A stretch of DNA of 64,000 nt, taken from NCBI GenBank assembly GCA_944322755.1, contig CALUPY010000002.1, positions 95,790 to 159,789 on the forward strand, given 5' to 3'. Both the position numbers and the translations under genes were made by a program. Shown here piece after piece: positions 38,760 through 47,425 of the stretch (position 1 is the first letter of the stretch; every line of letters begins with the position of its first letter). The notes beneath the pieces were generated by a model that searched no databases, was not told where the DNA came from, and saw only the letters and a program-made list of their open reading frames with translations. The stretch is from Candidatus Gastranaerophilales bacterium (GTDB taxonomy: Bacteria > Cyanobacteriota > Vampirovibrionia > Gastranaerophilales > Gastranaerophilaceae).

Positions 38760-38832
38760 GCGTCACTAGCTCAGTAGGTAGAGCACTCCCCTTTTAAGGG
38801 ATAGGTCCCGCGTTCGAATCGCGGGTGACGCA
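38760..38832 (+). tRNA. tRNA-Lys (anticodon UUU), CCA not encoded
   Basis: Cloverleaf folded by hand. Acceptor GCGTCAC/GTGACGC, D-arm GCTC-AGTAGGTA-GAGC, anticodon arm CTCCC-CTTTTAA-GGGAT and T-arm CCGCG-TTCGAAT-CGCGG, discriminator A, followed by T6. Confidence 0.9.
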
Positions 38833-38908
38833 TTTTTTATTTAGATTTATTAAAGAAAACGTTCTATTCTAGATAAAAGATTAAGAAAAAATAACTCTAG
38901 AAATGCAA

Positions 38909-41866
38909 CTAAGCTCCGAGTGAGAAGATTTTGTAAATTTCTTCATCAGAGAGTTCTGTTATAACTTTTTCACCTTCAAATACTGCCACATTTGCGAGGT
39001 CTTTTTTGTTAGAAATCATTTCATCAATTTTTTCTTCAAATGTTCCTAATGTAATAAATCTGTGCACCATGACATTTTTTTCCTGTCCTATACGATATGT
39101 ACGGTCAGTCGCCTGGTCTTCAACTGCTGGATTCCACCACAGGTCGTAGTGAATAACATTTGTCGCTGCAGTGAGGTTAAGCCCTGTTCCGCCCGCTTTT
39201 AAAGACAGAATCATAACGTTCGAATCATCATTTTCCTGAAACTCTTTTATCAAATCTTCACGCTGCGCACGATTTAACGAACCATGGAAGAAAAGAGGAT
39301 TTATTCCCAGCTCGTCGTTCAAAATGGACATGAGAATATTCCCCATTTCTTTGTACTGTGTGAAAATAAGGGTTTTTTCATTGTTTTCTAAAATATTTTT
39401 TGTAATAGATACCAGATGTTCAGCTTTACCAGATATCTCTTTCGACATATCTCCGGATTTAAGATACTGGTACGGGTGATTACAAATCTGCTTGAGAGCC
39501 GTAATAAGTTTAAAAATCATACCTCGTCTGTTTATACCGTTCAGTTTTGCAATATCGGACATAAGATTGTCGAGGACTGTCTGATAGAGTGCCGCCTGCA
39601 TTTTACTTAAATAGCAGTATTCATTAAGAACAACTTTTTCGGGTAAATCAGAGATAATTGTTTTGTCTGTTTTTAAACGTCGCAGCACAAACGGAGAAAT
39701 AGCAAGTCTTAATTTTTCAGCTCTGTTAGTCTGCTTAAATTTTTCAATCGGTATTGCATAACTCTTTTGAAAATCCCTTATTGAACCCAGATAGCCGCGG
39801 TTTATGAAATCAAAAATACTCCACAGCTCTGTTAATTTGTTTTCAACCGGAGTACCTGTCATTGCTATTTTTATATCAGACTTAATCGCTTTTACGGCTT
39901 GTGTCTGGGAGGTGTCAGGATTTTTTATATTCTGTGCTTCATCAACAATGAGCATTGACCATTTCTGTTTTTTTACAGCTTCTACATCAATACGCAGAAT
40001 TGCATAGGTTGTAATTATTATGTCAGCCTTTGAATCAAGTTTTCTCTCCAGCCCGTGATAAACCGAGGTATTCAAAAGTGGAGCAAACATCTTTATTTCT
40101 TTGACCCAGTTGCCAAGAAGCGTGGTGGGACAAACCACAAGAGCCGGATTCTTGAGAAGACCGAGTTCTTTTTGTTTTAGTATAAAACTAATAACCTGAA
40201 TAGTTTTGCCAAGTCCCATGTCATCTGCCATACAGCAGCCAAAGCCTTTTTGTATATTTGTATACAGCCATTTGAATCCGCGTTCCTGATAAGGGCGGAG
40301 AACTCCTTTAAGCGATTCGGGGGGCGGTACATCTTCTGTTTTTGTAAGATCCTTCAAAATATTCGCAAACGCTTCATCGTAGTCAAAATCATAGTCATCT
40401 ATCTGTGAAGACAGTGCAGCATGAAGGATATCCATCTTTGTTTTGTCGTCGAGTTTCGGATTCTTCACTTTTTCAATTAGTTTTGTGTTTTCAGCAGGAT
40501 CTATTAACACATAGTAATCTTTGTATTTTATAAGCCCCTGCGCATTTTTTGTCAATTCTTCATACTCTTGGGGTGTCAGTTTGTCATCCCCGATTGCAAT
40601 AGTGTATGAAAATTCAAACATATCATTAAGTGCTCCGTCAGAGGCTCCATTTGAGGTAAGAATGTCTCTGAGTTCACCCAGTCTGGCTGTTTTAACTTTT
40701 GCATTTATGGATGCTCTGGGGGTTATGATATTGTCTATGCCTTCAGGCAGTATAACTTCAACAGAAGCCTTTTGCAGATAGTAGGATATCTGGGCAATAA
40801 TTTTGTACACTTCATTCAAATTCATCCGGAGTTCATAGTCATGTCCGTCTTCAAATAATTCAACTATTTCCGGATAGTATCTTGCAATATAGTTCAGTTG
40901 TTTTTCGATAATTTCAATCGCTTCATGATTTGTATAATTTGAAAATTTTGCACTATCATTGTATAAATTTTCGACCCTGTATTTTTCACCATTTGTTTTA
41001 TCGAGAATATTTATTTTAAGAATATATTCATCATCGGCTTGGGTTTTATATATCTCAAATTCTGGAAGAAGTGTATATTTGCCTATATAAATTTCATCGA
41101 GCCACTCTGAAATTGCCATTGCGTAGTCTAAACCGCGGACATAACGTTTGTTCGATGCGGATTTTACAAAATATACTGCAGCTTTCGCATCCTTAAATTT
41201 TGCTGCTTTTATGTGCAAAAACTGAAAAATAACAAAGTTTACATATTTATCTATAAGTTTATCTATACTGTACTTTCCCGGTGCAAGTATAAAATTTTCA
41301 GGTACAGATTCTTTCAATGAAGAAATGATTTTAGCAACTTCTTTTGAGCTCTTATAAATTTCATATTTTATTTGAAAAATATTGTCGTTATAGTGCACAA
41401 CGGGAATAAAATGTAATTTTTCAATGATTTTTAGCAATGTAACTGTAAATCTGTTTAAGAAATTAAAACTTTTCGTTCCATCTTCAAAGTTCAGTATTTC
41501 ATTGAACGAATCAAAATATTCCCAAATGATATCCTGTTTTGTACGGTATCCTATTTTGTCCTCTCCGTTGATTTCAAGGATTTCCGAGCGCAAACGGTAT
41601 AAGGAGCCTTTTGATTTAAGGTAAAATTCAAAGTTATTGGTCGGTGTGACAAAAAAGTCTCCATTGTCCAGCAGATAAAAGTCAGTGCCTCTTAATGGTG
41701 TATTTTTACCTACAAAAACATCTTCAAATTCATCTTCAAATAACTGATATATTGTACTGAGTTGAAGCCGAAAATCTTTATTTTCAAGCCCAATAGGGTT
41801 TTCTGTGAGATTCAAAAAAAGGTCGTCAATGTTATTTTTCTTTAAGTTTATTGCCATAAAAATCAC
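38909..41866 (-). CDS. SNF2-family helicase/ATPase with a large N-terminal accessory domain
   Basis: 985 aa. Motifs CMADDMGLGKT, IVDEAQNIKN, MTGTPVEN, SLKAGGTGLNLT and WNPAVEDQATDRTYRIGQ. The start may be ATG 41857 rather than GTG 41866. Confidence 0.9.
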   Translation of the reverse strand: MIFMAINLKKNNIDDLFLNLTENPIGLENKDFRLQLSTIYQLFEDEFEDVFVGKNTPLRGTDFYLLDNGDFFVTPTNNFEFYLKSKGSLYRLRSEILEINGEDKIGYRTKQDIIWEYFDSFNEILNFEDGTKSFNFLNRFTVTLLKIIEKLHFIPVVHYNDNIFQIKYEIYKSSKEVAKIISSLKESVPENFILAPGKYSIDKLIDKYVNFVIFQFLHIKAAKFKDAKAAVYFVKSASNKRYVRGLDYAMAISEWLDEIYIGKYTLLPEFEIYKTQADDEYILKINILDKTNGEKYRVENLYNDSAKFSNYTNHEAIEIIEKQLNYIARYYPEIVELFEDGHDYELRMNLNEVYKIIAQISYYLQKASVEVILPEGIDNIITPRASINAKVKTARLGELRDILTSNGASDGALNDMFEFSYTIAIGDDKLTPQEYEELTKNAQGLIKYKDYYVLIDPAENTKLIEKVKNPKLDDKTKMDILHAALSSQIDDYDFDYDEAFANILKDLTKTEDVPPPESLKGVLRPYQERGFKWLYTNIQKGFGCCMADDMGLGKTIQVISFILKQKELGLLKNPALVVCPTTLLGNWVKEIKMFAPLLNTSVYHGLERKLDSKADIIITTYAILRIDVEAVKKQKWSMLIVDEAQNIKNPDTSQTQAVKAIKSDIKIAMTGTPVENKLTELWSIFDFINRGYLGSIRDFQKSYAIPIEKFKQTNRAEKLRLAISPFVLRRLKTDKTIISDLPEKVVLNEYCYLSKMQAALYQTVLDNLMSDIAKLNGINRRGMIFKLITALKQICNHPYQYLKSGDMSKEISGKAEHLVSITKNILENNEKTLIFTQYKEMGNILMSILNDELGINPLFFHGSLNRAQREDLIKEFQENDDSNVMILSLKAGGTGLNLTAATNVIHYDLWWNPAVEDQATDRTYRIGQEKNVMVHRFITLGTFEEKIDEMISNKKDLANVAVFEGEKVITELSDEEIYKIFSLGA

Positions 41867-42132
41867 TCTATCCTAACACCGGTCGCTGTCAGCTTCCGTA
41901 AAATACAGACTCTTCATATTATGGATTATAACAAAAACAAAAAAATATAAAAAATAGCCGATTTAGTTGTAGTTACTTCTGTTATTAAGTACGATACTCT
42001 AAAATCCGAAATATTTTTAGCTATTCGAATCTGGTGTTTTTTTATTACAATTGTAAATTTTTTTTTAATATAAGCAATTTTAACAAACAAAAATTTTTTT
42101 TATAAGTACGGAAGTTAAAGTGAAGGTATGCT

Positions 42133-42825
42133 ATGATTGATGCAATGGTTAGATCAGCATTATTTGGTGTAAGGAACGTCGATAAGGTTCAAAACGGCGA
42201 TACCGGAAGAAGTGCTGCTGCTACATTCCAGCTATTCAATGCGGGTAAAAATGCCCTGGAGAGTGCAACAAAACTGCATAACACTCTCGGTAAAGGTGCA
42301 CAAAGCGCAATCACGGCGATGGAAACTGTATCAAAATCAGGCAAAGCTCTTGAAACCGCTGCAAAAGTCGTGAAATTCGGCAGTGATAATGTAAATGTCC
42401 TGCTTTGCGGTGCAGCAGCTTACCGTGTTTTGACTGCAGAAAACAAAGAAAAAGCAGTCAAAAAAGAATTGTGGGGTATGTCCACAATGTTTGGTGTTGA
42501 ACATTTGATGCGGGAAGGGTTTAAATCAAAGGCTATGATGAATTTAAAAAACAAAGTAAATAACAAATATGCAAAAGCCGGGATATCAATACTTGAAGGG
42601 GTTTTGTTCGTAATGGGCTCTATCGCGGCAAGTACTGCAGGATTTAAAATAGGCGAATCTCTTTATGATGAAGAAGCAAAATGGAACAAAAATCCGGAGC
42701 TTCTTGAAATAAAAAAGAAAGTTGAATCAGAAAAAGTACAGACAGGAAGTCTCGAAAAATTTGCAAATGACGATTTGAAAGTAAAAGATGATGAATATTA
42801 CGTAAACCGAGAAGTTCTTGCTTAA
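42133..42825 (+). CDS. hypothetical protein (Ala/Lys-rich helical, one or two hydrophobic segments)
   Basis: 230-aa ORF with GAAGG SD 6 nt upstream. No recognisable domain. Confidence 0.55.
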   Translation: MIDAMVRSALFGVRNVDKVQNGDTGRSAAATFQLFNAGKNALESATKLHNTLGKGAQSAITAMETVSKSGKALETAAKVVKFGSDNVNVLLCGAAAYRVLTAENKEKAVKKELWGMSTMFGVEHLMREGFKSKAMMNLKNKVNNKYAKAGISILEGVLFVMGSIAASTAGFKIGESLYDEEAKWNKNPELLEIKKKVESEKVQTGSLEKFANDDLKVKDDEYYVNREVLA

Positions 42826-42849
42826 CTTTTTTTATTATATAATCATTGT

Positions 42850-43569
42850 ATGAATAGGGATTTAATAGGCTTTTGGGGATATCCCGAGCCGGAAATGATA
42901 CAAAGGTACAAAAAGCAGAACTATGAATTTGTTGATTTGGATATTGATTTTGGATATCCGAGAACAGACATTCTGCCCGAATCATACTGCAAGATAGTAA
43001 AAAATATTATTGATAATGCTATTTTTCTTAAAGACAGGCTGTATACAATACTTGCGCCTATCGGAAAGGACAAGTGTGATTCTGGATGGTTTGCTTCTGC
43101 CGTATTAAAGGATTTGGGTTTTTGCGTAGAAACCTCGGTTTATGAAGATTTAGAGATAAAAAGAGACCTTGTCGTAAGTGTTTCTGATTTGCCTTTAAGA
43201 AAGAAATTTGAAGTAATTACTGATGATATTATAAACGAACATGATTTTGCGCATTTAAAAAAAACAAAACCCCGTTTCGGTTTTTGGGGGGTTCCGCCAA
43301 ATGACCTTTCTGTTCTTGAACTATTCCCTGATGACACGCATGTATACGGCTGGACAAGATGCGTTGAAGCAGGTTGTCCTGCGAATCTTGAACTTGAAAT
43401 GTTTGTTGATGAAAATATTCCTACTGTGTTTTATGCACAGTCGTTCTGCTCAAAAACACAGATTGCAAAATATCTTGCTGACAAATACAATGGACTTTAC
43501 ATTGATGTTGACGACTATGCAACGAAATCAACACTTGCAAAAATTGAGGCATTTATAAAATTAAGATGA
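42850..43569 (+). CDS. hypothetical Cys-containing protein, translationally coupled to the activase-like ATPase
   Basis: 239-aa ORF. Its stop overlaps the next ATG (ATGA). Cys in DKCDSGW, TRCVEAGCP and SFCSK contexts. No domain recognised with confidence. Confidence 0.55.
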   Translation: MNRDLIGFWGYPEPEMIQRYKKQNYEFVDLDIDFGYPRTDILPESYCKIVKNIIDNAIFLKDRLYTILAPIGKDKCDSGWFASAVLKDLGFCVETSVYEDLEIKRDLVVSVSDLPLRKKFEVITDDIINEHDFAHLKKTKPRFGFWGVPPNDLSVLELFPDDTHVYGWTRCVEAGCPANLELEMFVDENIPTVFYAQSFCSKTQIAKYLADKYNGLYIDVDDYATKSTLAKIEAFIKLR

Positions 43570-44264
43570 AAGAAAAAACAGTACTGGACGCAGGTACAAC
43601 CTGGTCGAAAATAATTGAATATAAAACAGATTTACTGAAACAGGGCTTTTCAAAATATTTGGTAAAGTCATTTGAGAAAAAAAATTATTATATTTTGCCC
43701 TCCTCTATTTTAAAGACTCAGGATTTAAAATTCGATGCGATGACCGGGCATATGTCAGCAAAATTTGTTGAGGATAAAAATCATTATACAAATGAAATTA
43801 TTGCATTAACAAAGGGCGCAAAAAATATAGAAAAAAACGCACTGATTTTGGATTTGGGCAGCAGAGATGCAAAATGGGTCAGATTTAAAGACGGGAAATT
43901 TAAAGATTTGGACTGGAACACTGCCTGTGCAAGCTCTACAGGTGCTACGATTGAAATGCTTCTGAAATTTTATAATGTTTCCTCATCAGAGCTTGTATGT
44001 AATGAAGAAAAATACAATATTACCTGCGGAATATTCGGACTGGAAAGAATTATGGATGATATAGCAAGAGGTGTTAGCGCTCAGGCTGCAATATCAAAAT
44101 TTATTCACGGAATAGCGTTTAATACCTGGAATTTTTCAAAAAGGTCAGAAAAAATCTATCTTTCCGGCGGTTTTTGCGAAAATAAGTGTTTTGTTGATTC
44201 ATTATCAAAATACTGCGAACTTGTGCCTCTGGGCAGATTTGTTCTCTGCGAAGGTATTCTGTAA
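43566..44264 (+). CDS. BadF/BadG/BcrA/BcrD-type ATPase (2-hydroxyacyl-CoA dehydratase activase-like)
   Basis: 232 aa. It aligns by eye along its length with HgdC-type activases: LDAGTTWSK (phosphate 1), LILDLGSRDAKWV, NTACASSTGATIEMLL (vs NDKCAAGTGRFLE), ITCGIFG and IYLSGGF. Both cluster-ligand Cys positions are retained. Confidence 0.75.
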   Translation: MKEKTVLDAGTTWSKIIEYKTDLLKQGFSKYLVKSFEKKNYYILPSSILKTQDLKFDAMTGHMSAKFVEDKNHYTNEIIALTKGAKNIEKNALILDLGSRDAKWVRFKDGKFKDLDWNTACASSTGATIEMLLKFYNVSSSELVCNEEKYNITCGIFGLERIMDDIARGVSAQAAISKFIHGIAFNTWNFSKRSEKIYLSGGFCENKCFVDSLSKYCELVPLGRFVLCEGIL

Positions 44265-44392
44265 CTGCTATGTTCGTAGAAATGTGTAAAAGTTTGTAAA
44301 AGTTTTAGCCCGACCGGCTAATTATAACTTTTATTATTTTTTATTATGTTCTAATATAAACAAAAGTATGTGTGTTAAAAAAGGAGTAGTGT

Positions 44393-45664
44393 ATGAAAAT
44401 TTCTCCGATAACAAGTTATAATTATTCAATAAAAAAAACATCGTCACAAACAACAAGTAGTCAAAAATTAAATTCAAATAATTTTTTTCATAACAGCACT
44501 AAACCCTCTTTCGGTTCATATTTAATAGATGATATGTTTTACTACTTAAGAGGTCAAAAAAACGGTGAACGAGAAGAGTTCAGAAAAGACCAGATAGAAC
44601 AAATCTGGACAAAAACCACAAGCGATGTATCAATGGTCTCTGATCGGCTCGGCATACCGTTTCGTGATGCAAAAGAGATGTATCAAGAATATCTTGAACT
44701 CGGCGGTATTAAAGCAAACAGAAACGGTAATGAAAGCGGTTTAAATAAGGTCGTCGGCTATTCGCTTGAAAAACTTGATCTTATAAAAGAAGTGGTTGCG
44801 CCGATTGTGTTATTGTTAAAAAACAATGATGAAAAAGAAGATGTTCAAAAATACAGAGAAGCAATACCATCAGGTGTTGTTTTGTTCGGTCCGCATGGCT
44901 TTGGCAAAGATTTTTTGACAGAATGCTTTTATGAACACCTGCAGACAGTTGCAAAACAAAAGGATGTAAAACTTGTTACTGTCGATATGGATGAGCCTGT
45001 GAATCCTGATGATGAAGAGGGAATGATTCAATATATACGAAACACATTTGAAAATGCAGAGTGCTGGGACGGTAAAAAACACACAGTGATTTTTATAAGA
45101 AATCTCGATGATTATCTTGATAAAGCGAGTGATAATGTTGTTACAGAACTTGCATTTGAAATGACAGGAGCAAAAGATAAGGGTATTACGTGGATTGCAA
45201 AGAGTGACAAAGGAGCAGATTTGCCGGACTGGATTTTTAGCCCGTCACGACTTGGAGTTGCAAAATCCATAAGAGATATTAATGCTCGTGAGATGTCTAC
45301 AGTAATGAGCTATTTCTGGGCAAAATTCGGTAGATTTGACAAGTCAAAGCATGAAGAAATTATGAAATACTGTAAAACAAATTCAGTAGTACTTACTCCA
45401 CCGATGTTTGCAGAGGTTGCAGATCTTGTGAATGATAAGTTATCAGAATCTGACAGAACATATGCAAATGAACCGGATTATATTGCCCCTGTTACAACAG
45501 AAGAGGTACTTTACGGAATAAAAGAATATGAAGCAAAAAAGAACAAGGAAGCTGAAGAGTCCGGAAAAGAAAGAGAACTGCCGAAAAGTAAATACACCCG
45601 CTCTGATGAAGAACGATTGGTCGGCACAAAAATCGGCAGGAATATGGCACTGTTAGGGCTTTAA
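44393..45664 (+). CDS. classic-AAA-like protein with degenerate Walker motifs
   Basis: 423 aa. GVVLFGPHGFGKDFL (Walker A with D in place of T/S). VIFIRNLDDYL in place of IIFIDEID (Walker B acidic pair lost). SPSRLG in place of RPGRFD. Confidence 0.6.
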   Translation: MKISPITSYNYSIKKTSSQTTSSQKLNSNNFFHNSTKPSFGSYLIDDMFYYLRGQKNGEREEFRKDQIEQIWTKTTSDVSMVSDRLGIPFRDAKEMYQEYLELGGIKANRNGNESGLNKVVGYSLEKLDLIKEVVAPIVLLLKNNDEKEDVQKYREAIPSGVVLFGPHGFGKDFLTECFYEHLQTVAKQKDVKLVTVDMDEPVNPDDEEGMIQYIRNTFENAECWDGKKHTVIFIRNLDDYLDKASDNVVTELAFEMTGAKDKGITWIAKSDKGADLPDWIFSPSRLGVAKSIRDINAREMSTVMSYFWAKFGRFDKSKHEEIMKYCKTNSVVLTPPMFAEVADLVNDKLSESDRTYANEPDYIAPVTTEEVLYGIKEYEAKKNKEAEESGKERELPKSKYTRSDEERLVGTKIGRNMALLGL

Positions 45665-45718
45665 TATGCAGATATGAAATAGTCTCAGCTTTACTCAAAA
45701 AATACAAAGGAACTCCTT

Positions 45719-46618
45719 ATGAAAATATCCCAGATTAACAATTACGCTTATAATTACAAAAATAATAATTCGCTGAATAAATTAAAAACTAATCAAAAAA
45801 CTGTAACATCACCGGCTTTTAAAGGTGATTTTCTTGAATTGTCCCAGTTTGAAGATTCTTATAACAGAAAACCTGTAATAATTGACGGTCGTATATATAC
45901 TTACAAACAAACAAGAAAACCCGTGGGGTTTGACTATATCCGCTATGCATATGTTGCAGCTCCTGGCGAAAAAGATGAAGATATACAACAGCGTTTTATT
46001 AATTTGACAATATGTACCATCCATACTGAAATGCCTTTCAGCTGGATAAGAGATAACTACAGAAACGGTTATAAAAATTTTGCTAATAATGCATACAGAG
46101 AAAAGAAATTTTTCGCTGAAAAAATTAAAACAGAAAACGAAAAATTAGACACTTTGTATGAAAACAAACAACAATTCAAAGATATTTATACCCATTACAA
46201 ACTTAAAATATCAAATGACTTTGAAAAACTTGTTAATTCGAAACTTCCTGGAAGGCTTGAACGATTCGATAAAGTTATAGACGAACAAAAAGAAAAAATT
46301 GAGGGTATAAAGAAACAAAAAGAAATCTCTGATAAAAGATTTGAACTGCTTTGCGAATTGGATGAATTGGGCGGACAAAAACAGTCAATGATTGATGAAC
46401 AGGCCAGAATCCACGGAAGAAAATCCGAAATAGAACGAATACTTCCCGAAAAATACGGAAATGAGTATGATACATTGAATGCAGAGCGGCAGATTCTCGA
46501 AAATCACCTGACTCAAATGGATAAGGATTTTGCAAAAATTGACGAAAAACTGGACAATTCTTTCCATAAAATCGAAAATTTTTATGAAGAATATTATCCT
46601 GAACTGTATAAACAATAA
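45719..46618 (+). CDS. hypothetical coiled-coil protein
   Basis: 299-aa ORF. The C-terminal half is heptad-like and rich in E/K/Q. Its N-terminus resembles that of the preceding gene. Confidence 0.55.
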   Translation: MKISQINNYAYNYKNNNSLNKLKTNQKTVTSPAFKGDFLELSQFEDSYNRKPVIIDGRIYTYKQTRKPVGFDYIRYAYVAAPGEKDEDIQQRFINLTICTIHTEMPFSWIRDNYRNGYKNFANNAYREKKFFAEKIKTENEKLDTLYENKQQFKDIYTHYKLKISNDFEKLVNSKLPGRLERFDKVIDEQKEKIEGIKKQKEISDKRFELLCELDELGGQKQSMIDEQARIHGRKSEIERILPEKYGNEYDTLNAERQILENHLTQMDKDFAKIDEKLDNSFHKIENFYEEYYPELYKQ

Positions 46619-46658
46619 GCACTGTTTTTGCTATATAGGTTAAATTTATAAAAAATGC

Positions 46659-46715
46659 TTGCAAATTTTAAAATACATGTGTATAATGAACTTATTAAGA
46701 ATGATTCTTAATAAG
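46659..46715 (+). promoter_or_regulatory. rubrerythrin promoter with a Fur/PerR-type palindromic operator
   Basis: TTGCAA (46659..46664), 17 nt spacer, TATAAT (46682..46687). Perfect 12-1-12 inverted repeat CTTATTAAGAAT-G-ATTCTTAATAAG at 46691..46715; its core TAAGAATGATTCTTA fits the 7-1-7 Fur-family pattern. Confidence 0.6.
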
Positions 46716-46747
46716 GGTAAAATAACAGGAAATGAAAGAGGTTAATT

Positions 46748-47308
46748 ATGACAGCAACAGTAACAAAATTTGTATGCTCAGTATGTGGATATACACATGA
46801 AGGTGATACCCCTCCGGAAAAATGTCCTCTTTGCGGTGCACCTGCATCTAAATTCAATAAAGTTGACGCTTCTGCAGGGTTAACTTATGCAGACGAACAC
46901 AGAATCGGTGTGGCTGCAGGCGTTGATGCAGAGGTTCTGCAGGGTCTAAAAGAACACTTTATGGGCGAATGTACAGAAGTCGGTATGTATCTTGCAATGA
47001 GCCGTCAGGCAGACAGAGAAGGATATCCGGAAGTTGCTGAAGCTTATAAGAGAATAGCTTTTGAAGAAGCTGAACACGCTGCAAAATTTGCAGAACTCCT
47101 TGGCGAAGTCGTAACTGATTCTACGAAGAAAAATCTTCAAATGCGTGTGGATGCAGAAAATGGCGCATGCGCTGCTAAGCTTGCAATTGCAAAGAGAGCA
47201 AAAGAATTAAATCTCGACGCTATTCATGATACTGTTCATGAAATGTGCAAAGATGAAGCCCGCCACGGAAAAGCATTTCAGGGACTTCTTAACAGATATT
47301 TCAACTAA
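46748..47308 (+). CDS. rbr: reverse rubrerythrin (N-terminal rubredoxin-like CxxC..CxxC + ferritin-like diiron domain)
   Basis: [10 protein letters not shown]...CPLCGA at the N-terminus. The diiron helices are [17 protein letters not shown] and [10 protein letters not shown]. Confidence 0.9.
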   Translation: MTATVTKFVCSVCGYTHEGDTPPEKCPLCGAPASKFNKVDASAGLTYADEHRIGVAAGVDAEVLQGLKEHFMGECTEVGMYLAMSRQADREGYPEVAEAYKRIAFEEAEHAAKFAELLGEVVTDSTKKNLQMRVDAENGACAAKLAIAKRAKELNLDAIHDTVHEMCKDEARHGKAFQGLLNRYFN

Positions 47309-47330
47309 GTGAACCCCTGTTAGTTCATGA

Positions 47331-47361
47331 ATACCGCATCATTTGAGATGCGGTATTTTTA
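47331..47361 (+). terminator. intrinsic terminator
   Basis: ATACCGCATC-ATTTGA-GATGCGGTAT followed by TTTTT. Confidence 0.8.
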
Positions 47362-47425
47362 TATCACATTGTATTACGCAAAAAGGCTGTGTGAATTATT
47401 TTGTAATTTGTGCTAAATTAAAACA

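Noticed and set aside
44285-44304. Tandem duplication of TGTAAAAGTT
   Set aside because: There are only two copies of a 10-mer in an AT-rich intergenic region, which is most simply a slippage duplication.
38760-46618. tRNA-Lys followed by an SNF2 helicase and lineage-specific genes as a possible integrated island or defence locus
   Set aside because: There is no integrase, recombinase or direct repeat of the tRNA 3' end; only an 8-nt TTCGAATC match near 42025, which is compatible with chance. The SNF2 protein resembles widespread housekeeping-type bacterial SNF2 ATPases with no nuclease or methylase partner.
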